Below, in pieces: positions 59,180 through 64,000 of a DNA stretch of 64,000 nt (its first letter is position 1; each line of letters opens with the position of its first letter). The translations under genes were made by a program, and so were the position numbers. This DNA is from an uncultured Alphaproteobacteria bacterium (lineage in GTDB: Bacteria; Pseudomonadota; Alphaproteobacteria; Rs-D84), in NCBI GenBank assembly GCA_944390225.1, contig CALXPB010000004.1, positions 2,366 through 66,365 of the forward strand. Reading direction: 5' to 3'. Under the pieces are notes generated by a model, which saw only the letters and a list, made by a program, of their open reading frames with translations, searched no databases and had not been told where the DNA came from.

Positions 59180-59833
59180 ATGGCGTATAAAATATTATGT
59201 CCTTCGATTATGTGTGCAGATTTCGGTAATTTCCGAGCGGAAATTACCGAAATGGATGCCGCAGGTATAGACCAATATCATATGGATATTATGGACGGAG
59301 AATTTGTTCCGAATTTTGCTTTGTCTTGGGCAGATTTTGCAGCGGTACGAAAGATGACTTCTAAACCGATGGATGTGCATTTAATGGTAAAATTTCCTAG
59401 TGTCCATCTGCCATACGCTTTTAAAAACGGAGCAGATATAATTTATGTGCATTATGAGTCCGGTAATGCGGCAAACTATCTGTATGAAATAAAAGCAAAT
59501 GGTAGAAAAGCGGGTCTTGCTATAAATCCAGAAACAAAAATTGAAGAGGTAAAAAATTTATTTCCATTAATAGATACACTGTTGGTTATGCGCGTAAAGC
59601 CCGGTTTCGCAGGGCAAGCGGCTGTACCAGAAGTTGAAAAAAAATTAGATTTTCTAACGAATATGCCGAATAGAAAGTTTTCTATTAGGTTAGATGGTTG
59701 TGTGTCTCCTGATGTGATTTCAAAGTGGTCTGCGCGCGGTATAGAAGAGTTTGTTTGCGGTACCGCATCAGAAATGTTCGGTAAAAAAAGAGGCTTGCGT
59801 TCTTATAAAGAAATCGTAGAAAAGTTAAGGTAA
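59180..59833 (+). CDS. ribulose-phosphate/allulose-6-phosphate 3-epimerase family protein
   Basis: CPSIMCADFGNF..EI..MDAAGIDQYHMDIMDGEFVPNF, DVHLMV, VMRVKPGFAGQ, IRLDG. Start is set at ATG 59180. Confidence 0.78.
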   Translation: MAYKILCPSIMCADFGNFRAEITEMDAAGIDQYHMDIMDGEFVPNFALSWADFAAVRKMTSKPMDVHLMVKFPSVHLPYAFKNGADIIYVHYESGNAANYLYEIKANGRKAGLAINPETKIEEVKNLFPLIDTLLVMRVKPGFAGQAAVPEVEKKLDFLTNMPNRKFSIRLDGCVSPDVISKWSARGIEEFVCGTASEMFGKKRGLRSYKEIVEKLR

Positions 59834-59838
59834 TCATA

Positions 59839-60759
59839 ATGAAAAAGTTTTGGGTAGATACACTTTGTCGTTTTATACCAAATGAAGAACGTAGAAAGTC
59901 CTTTCGTGAAAAACTAATGTATAACCCGATAGATGATTTGCGCGGGCAAATTGAAGAGTTAAGAAAAGGAGTAAACGATATTTACCCGAAACTTGAAACT
60001 TTTACAACGAAGACGGAATTATTAAAAGTAGAAAGCGATTTCAGGCGGGCAATAACACCGCCTGCACCTCCGACATATTATGACTTTCATGGTGAAAATA
60101 ATAAGTTATTTGTTTGGAACAAGGAAGTCGGTGATTATGTTGAAACAACGAAGATAATACCAGGTCTGGTTCTTACAATTGAAGGTAATAATAACACAAT
60201 AAAAATTCGCGAGCCCGAAATCATAGAAAGATTGGAACTAACTATGCTAGGCGACGGGCATAAGTTCTCGTTAGGTAATTTTACTAATAAAATTTATGAC
60301 AAGAAAATAGTATGCCTTGTAATTTTTATGACCATGGGCGATTGCGAATTAGTAATAGGAGATAACCTAGTCGTAAATCCACTTGTAATAATACATATGT
60401 GCGAATACGGGTTAAAGTGCTTTATCGGAAACAATGTAAGACTCGCTGCTGAATCAAAGATATATGTAAGTGATGCACATCCGATAATAGATATTGAAAC
60501 AAACAAGATTATAAATTATGGAAAACGCAAAAGAGTCATGCGAATAGGGAATAATTGCTGGATAGGAACGGGTAGTTTTATCGGTAAAAGCGCAGAACTA
60601 CCAGATTATACAATCGTAGCAGCACAAAGTAATGTTATAAAACCATTTGAAGAATCTTACACAGTAATTGGGGGAAACCCAGCACATGTTTTAAAAAGGG
60701 GGGTAAAAAGAATTGATACCTGGGACGAAGCGTTTGAAATGACTGGTGAAAATAATTAG
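59839..60759 (+). CDS. left-handed beta-helix (hexapeptide-repeat) acyl/acetyltransferase with a unique N-terminal extension
   Basis: IGNNCWIGTGSFIGKSAELPDYTIVAAQSNVIKPF..YTVIGGNPAHVLKRG. The N-terminus carries the FIP..RR..R motif. Confidence 0.68.
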   Translation: MKKFWVDTLCRFIPNEERRKSFREKLMYNPIDDLRGQIEELRKGVNDIYPKLETFTTKTELLKVESDFRRAITPPAPPTYYDFHGENNKLFVWNKEVGDYVETTKIIPGLVLTIEGNNNTIKIREPEIIERLELTMLGDGHKFSLGNFTNKIYDKKIVCLVIFMTMGDCELVIGDNLVVNPLVIIHMCEYGLKCFIGNNVRLAAESKIYVSDAHPIIDIETNKIINYGKRKRVMRIGNNCWIGTGSFIGKSAELPDYTIVAAQSNVIKPFEESYTVIGGNPAHVLKRGVKRIDTWDEAFEMTGENN

Positions 60760-60770
60760 GGGTAAATGTT

Positions 60771-61892
60771 ATGAAAATTGTAAAAAAAGTAAAAATAAGA
60801 TTAGTAAATGGGGAAAAAATAAGAAAATTCTATCTTTTAGGGATTCCTGTTTTTCAGTACACACACCAGAACGGTAAATTGAAAATAGAACGCTGTAAAA
60901 GACACAAGCCAAAACCAGGACAGCGAGTATTTTATTTGAAGATTCATCGTGTTCATACCACGGGTTTTGATTGTATTCAGCACTGGATAGATGTAATTGC
61001 CAGAATGGATGCGTTTATATATTTTGTTTGTGATAATAAAAAAATGAAAGAGGGAGTATTTAAAAAGCCATGCTTTTTTTATAATGAAGATTTTGATTTT
61101 ATAAAAAGTGATAGAAAAACATTAAAAAAAGAGGTTTCTTTATCTTTACATGAAGTTGAAAGACAAAAATTATGGCACAGAATTGCATATTCTATGTTAA
61201 CGCCATTTGTTCATGCGGCAAAACATTCATATGACAGGACTTATAATATTGATGCAGACGATATAATGATTCTAACCAAGCCAGAATTAATAGCAGAAGC
61301 ACTGAAAAAAGCCGAATTTTATGCGGAAGAAAACGACTTAGATTGCTTTAATTTTGATATGTTTGTTTCAAAGTCTTTCGGGGTACATTGGTCTTTCGGT
61401 ATCGTATATGTTCGCCATCCACAGAAGTGTTTAGACATTATAAAGAAAAATACAGGTTGGCGATATAACGAATACCTGATTGAAAAATATTCAACGAAGT
61501 ACGTTAATGAGTATAACTTTAATGTAGACTGGTTATTTACTTTTCTAAGGGATACTAAGCAGTTAAAACTTAAAACGTTTTATATAGAAAATTCTATGGT
61601 TATTCATATGCCGGACATCGCACTTTCAAGACATTGGGCTTTCGTATTAAAGTGGCATAGTGGGATTGTTTATTTACCGGTTTTGGATATGCTGTACGAT
61701 GAAAAAATATGGCGATATATCCCAGTTTATAAAGAGTGTGTAAAAATAGATATTGGTTTAGAAGATAAAGCCGTTTCAGATTTCTTGAACGAGTTTTATA
61801 GCACTACATACGAATTTGAGAATGATATTTTAAATATCGCCAGAACGAGAAAATTAATATCTGAAAAAATGTATCAGAAATACAAGAAATAA
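60771..61892 (+). CDS. hypothetical protein in glycan cluster (possible glycosyl/phospho-transferase)
   Basis: 373 aa with NIDADD (a DxD-like motif). The N-terminus has the KFYLLGIPVFQY motif. No family recognised with confidence. Confidence 0.45.
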   Translation: MKIVKKVKIRLVNGEKIRKFYLLGIPVFQYTHQNGKLKIERCKRHKPKPGQRVFYLKIHRVHTTGFDCIQHWIDVIARMDAFIYFVCDNKKMKEGVFKKPCFFYNEDFDFIKSDRKTLKKEVSLSLHEVERQKLWHRIAYSMLTPFVHAAKHSYDRTYNIDADDIMILTKPELIAEALKKAEFYAEENDLDCFNFDMFVSKSFGVHWSFGIVYVRHPQKCLDIIKKNTGWRYNEYLIEKYSTKYVNEYNFNVDWLFTFLRDTKQLKLKTFYIENSMVIHMPDIALSRHWAFVLKWHSGIVYLPVLDMLYDEKIWRYIPVYKECVKIDIGLEDKAVSDFLNEFYSTTYEFENDILNIARTRKLISEKMYQKYKK

Positions 61893-61902
61893 AGGTGCAA
61901 AC

Positions 61903-63054
61903 GTGAATCTGAAAGATTTCTTTTATAAGAAAGTCTCGTATCAATTTCCTTGGGCGGATGAAAATACCTATTCCTTATTCGGAGGCGCATTAAGGTTGAA
62001 GGCGTCTTCCAGAGGATGTCAAGATTTGCGTTTGCTTGGTTTAAGATTATTCAAAAAGCAGTTAAAAGGGCATAATATGATAAGTAAGGTTTTCTGCCTA
62101 CCGTTTTATAAAGAGAACCTTATGCGAAAGTTTCTTGACAGTTTACTTCCTATGATTGACGAAAAGTATGATGGAATTTATATAATAAGGCATAACATCG
62201 GTGAAAGTTATATATATTTGGCTCATTTAAAAGATTGGGTAAAAGCAAACGGTACAAAAAAACCGTTGCTAATAGTCTGGCAGGAAAAATATATACCTTT
62301 TTATAAAATGTTTTTACCAAAGAACGTGTCTATTAAATACATATCTATAAATAAAAATTGTATTCAAGACGCGTTAGATAACGAACAAATTCTATATAAC
62401 GGTCGCCGTATTTTTTGTCCTACGCCGTCAATCGCTGAGAATATTAATAGAATATACGATACCGATAAAAGCGCAAATTTTTATGATTATATCTGTAAAG
62501 ATTTCGGAAGAAATAACAAGTTATCTATGCAGTGTCCAAAAATAGATAAGATTACCAAATTAAGAATGAGTAAAAAGATTTCAGATTTTTTAAAAAGACC
62601 TTTTGTAATACTTTTACCTTTTGCTACATCTTTAAGTGATATGTCGGATGCTTTCTGGAATATATTAATAAAGGAATTTAACCGTATCGGTTACGACGTA
62701 TTTATAAATAACGGCAATGATGAGAATTCCTCGGTTTTTACAGATGTGGTATCTTTTGATACAAATGTTGCGGAAATTTTTACTTTGGCAGAAGAATCTG
62801 CCGGTATTATAGGTCTGGCGTCCGGTTTGTCGGTTTTGCTGACCGCAGCAAAGCGTCCTATGGATTTAATATATACAGATTTTAGAGTCTTTAATCCTAG
62901 AATATCTTCGGAACGCATAAAGCATTTATATTCTGTACATAATTTACCAGGTGTTAGCGCTCTTGTTAGAGAATATGCAGCAGAAGACTTTACAGAAATG
63001 CAACTGGTACAAGAGATTATAAGTAAGTATAAGAAACGGGCAAACAGAGATTAA
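61903..63054 (+). CDS. hypothetical protein in glycan cluster (possible GT-B/GT9-like fold)
   Basis: 383 aa with GTG start. The C-terminal half (PFVILLPFATS....IGYDVFINNG...LAEESAGIIGLASGLSVLL) is reminiscent of heptosyltransferase-like Rossmann domains. Weak call. Confidence 0.4.
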   Translation: MNLKDFFYKKVSYQFPWADENTYSLFGGALRLKASSRGCQDLRLLGLRLFKKQLKGHNMISKVFCLPFYKENLMRKFLDSLLPMIDEKYDGIYIIRHNIGESYIYLAHLKDWVKANGTKKPLLIVWQEKYIPFYKMFLPKNVSIKYISINKNCIQDALDNEQILYNGRRIFCPTPSIAENINRIYDTDKSANFYDYICKDFGRNNKLSMQCPKIDKITKLRMSKKISDFLKRPFVILLPFATSLSDMSDAFWNILIKEFNRIGYDVFINNGNDENSSVFTDVVSFDTNVAEIFTLAEESAGIIGLASGLSVLLTAAKRPMDLIYTDFRVFNPRISSERIKHLYSVHNLPGVSALVREYAAEDFTEMQLVQEIISKYKKRANRD

Positions 63055-63056
63055 TT

Positions 63057-64000
63057 ATGGTCATAATGGGTAAAATAAAAAAACGTTTTAGTCAAAATGC
63101 GTTTGTAAAGAATTATAAACGTATGTGGCCGTATATAAAACCTTATTGGTTCCCCGGTTTAATGTCATTACTTATAACAATTCCGATAGGGTCATTGGAT
63201 GCGGTAATCGCTTTATCTCTGAAACCTTATATGGATTTGGTTATGGTAGAAAAGTCCATTCAAACTGCGTGGTATATACCATTGGCAATAGTTGCGTTTA
63301 CCTGCATTCAAGGAGGGTTGACTTATGCGGCTAATTATTTAAATACATGGGTCGGAGCAAAAATAACCAACCTATTAAAGTTAGATTTATATAAAAAGAT
63401 GCTAGATTTTGAAACTAACTTTTTTAATACCAGAAATTCTGGTGATATAATATTCATGTTTAATAATAATGCAGATTTGGCTTGTGCGGGTCTTTTAACG
63501 AATTTAAAGACTTTTGTTCAAAAGTTATTCACGGCAATTTCTTTGATTGCTGTACTTTTTTATAATTCTTGGCAACTGGCTTTTTTGTGCGTTGCAATTT
63601 TAATAGGCGCGTTTTTACCGATGAGTTCTTTGCGAAGAAAGGTCGATTCTGTCATGAGTCAATCTATTGCTGCCGACGCAGCCTTGTTGACGGCATATAA
63701 CGAGTCTTATTCAGGTAACAAAACTGTAATTGCTTATAACTTATCTGAGCATCAAAAGGGCAAATTCAATAACGTTTTAGACGGTGTTTTTCGTTTAAAG
63801 ATAAAAATGTTGCAACGTACTCGGTGGGTTACTCCTGTCATGCATGTAATATTATCAATCGGGATAGGTTTATCTATCTGGTTTGGCTCTTTTTTAATTC
63901 TGGAAGGAAAAATTTCAGCAGGTAATTTCGTTTCGTTTTTAACTGCCTTGGTAATGTTATATACGCCCATGAAAAGTATAGGTTCTAATTATAATTCTGT
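63057..64000 (+). CDS. ABC transporter, fused permease/ATPase type (MsbA/PglK-like), N-terminal TMD only; continues past the window end
   Basis: Own translation from ATG 63057: MVIMGKIKKRFSQNAFVKNYKRMWPYIKPYWFPGLMSLLITIPIGSLDAVIALSLKPYMD... It has six TM-type segments, NTRNSGDII, and no stop before 64000. Absent from the supplied track. Confidence 0.78.
   Translation, partial: MVIMGKIKKRFSQNAFVKNYKRMWPYIKPYWFPGLMSLLITIPIGSLDAVIALSLKPYMDLVMVEKSIQTAWYIPLAIVAFTCIQGGLTYAANYLNTWVGAKITNLLKLDLYKKMLDFETNFFNTRNSGDIIFMFNNNADLACAGLLTNLKTFVQKLFTAISLIAVLFYNSWQLAFLCVAILIGAFLPMSSLRRKVDSVMSQSIAADAALLTAYNESYSGNKTVIAYNLSEHQKGKFNNVLDGVFRLKIKMLQRTRWVTPVMHVILSIGIGLSIWFGSFLILEGKISAGNFVSFLTALVMLYTPMKSIGSNYNS

Overview
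This is a 64-kb chromosomal window from a low-GC, diderm bacterium. LpxI, an RNase E with an acidic insert in its S1 domain, and a frr-uppS-cdsA-rseP-bamA block point to an alphaproteobacterium-like lineage, but this is inference without a database search. All calls come from reading the supplied ORF translations and the DNA by eye, using motifs, hairpins and repeats. No homology search was run.

Housekeeping genes are priA, lpxI, an rlmD/trmA-like methyltransferase, birA, dnaB, yraN, bamA, rseP, cdsA, uppS, frr, rne, rph, recG, ackA, tatD and tcdA, plus tRNA-Ala, tRNA-His and tRNA-Lys. They are interleaved with accessory material:

1. A compact podovirus-like (T7/BPP-1-like) lysis and virion gene cluster at about 11.6-24.5 kb. 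It has no integrase. Its large terminase is split into two same-strand ORFs by a 3.3-kb opposite-strand block carrying a dual-HTH regulator and dnaB. The cluster is studded with intrinsic-terminator hairpins.
2. Two dispersed paralogous fibre-like genes at 25.1 kb and 49 kb.
3. Four perfectly periodic 164-bp tandem repeats seeded by the 3' end of tRNA-His.
4. Two candidate structured RNAs, near 9.9 kb and 43.8-44.1 kb.
5. A four-gene envelope operon downstream of bamA, and a separate orphan VirB11-like ATPase.
6. A secreted PLD/Nuc nuclease and a C5 DNA methyltransferase next to tRNA-Lys.
7. Several glycan-biosynthesis clusters whose enzymes share short terminal peptide motifs.

No CRISPR array, rRNA, transposase or integrase was seen.
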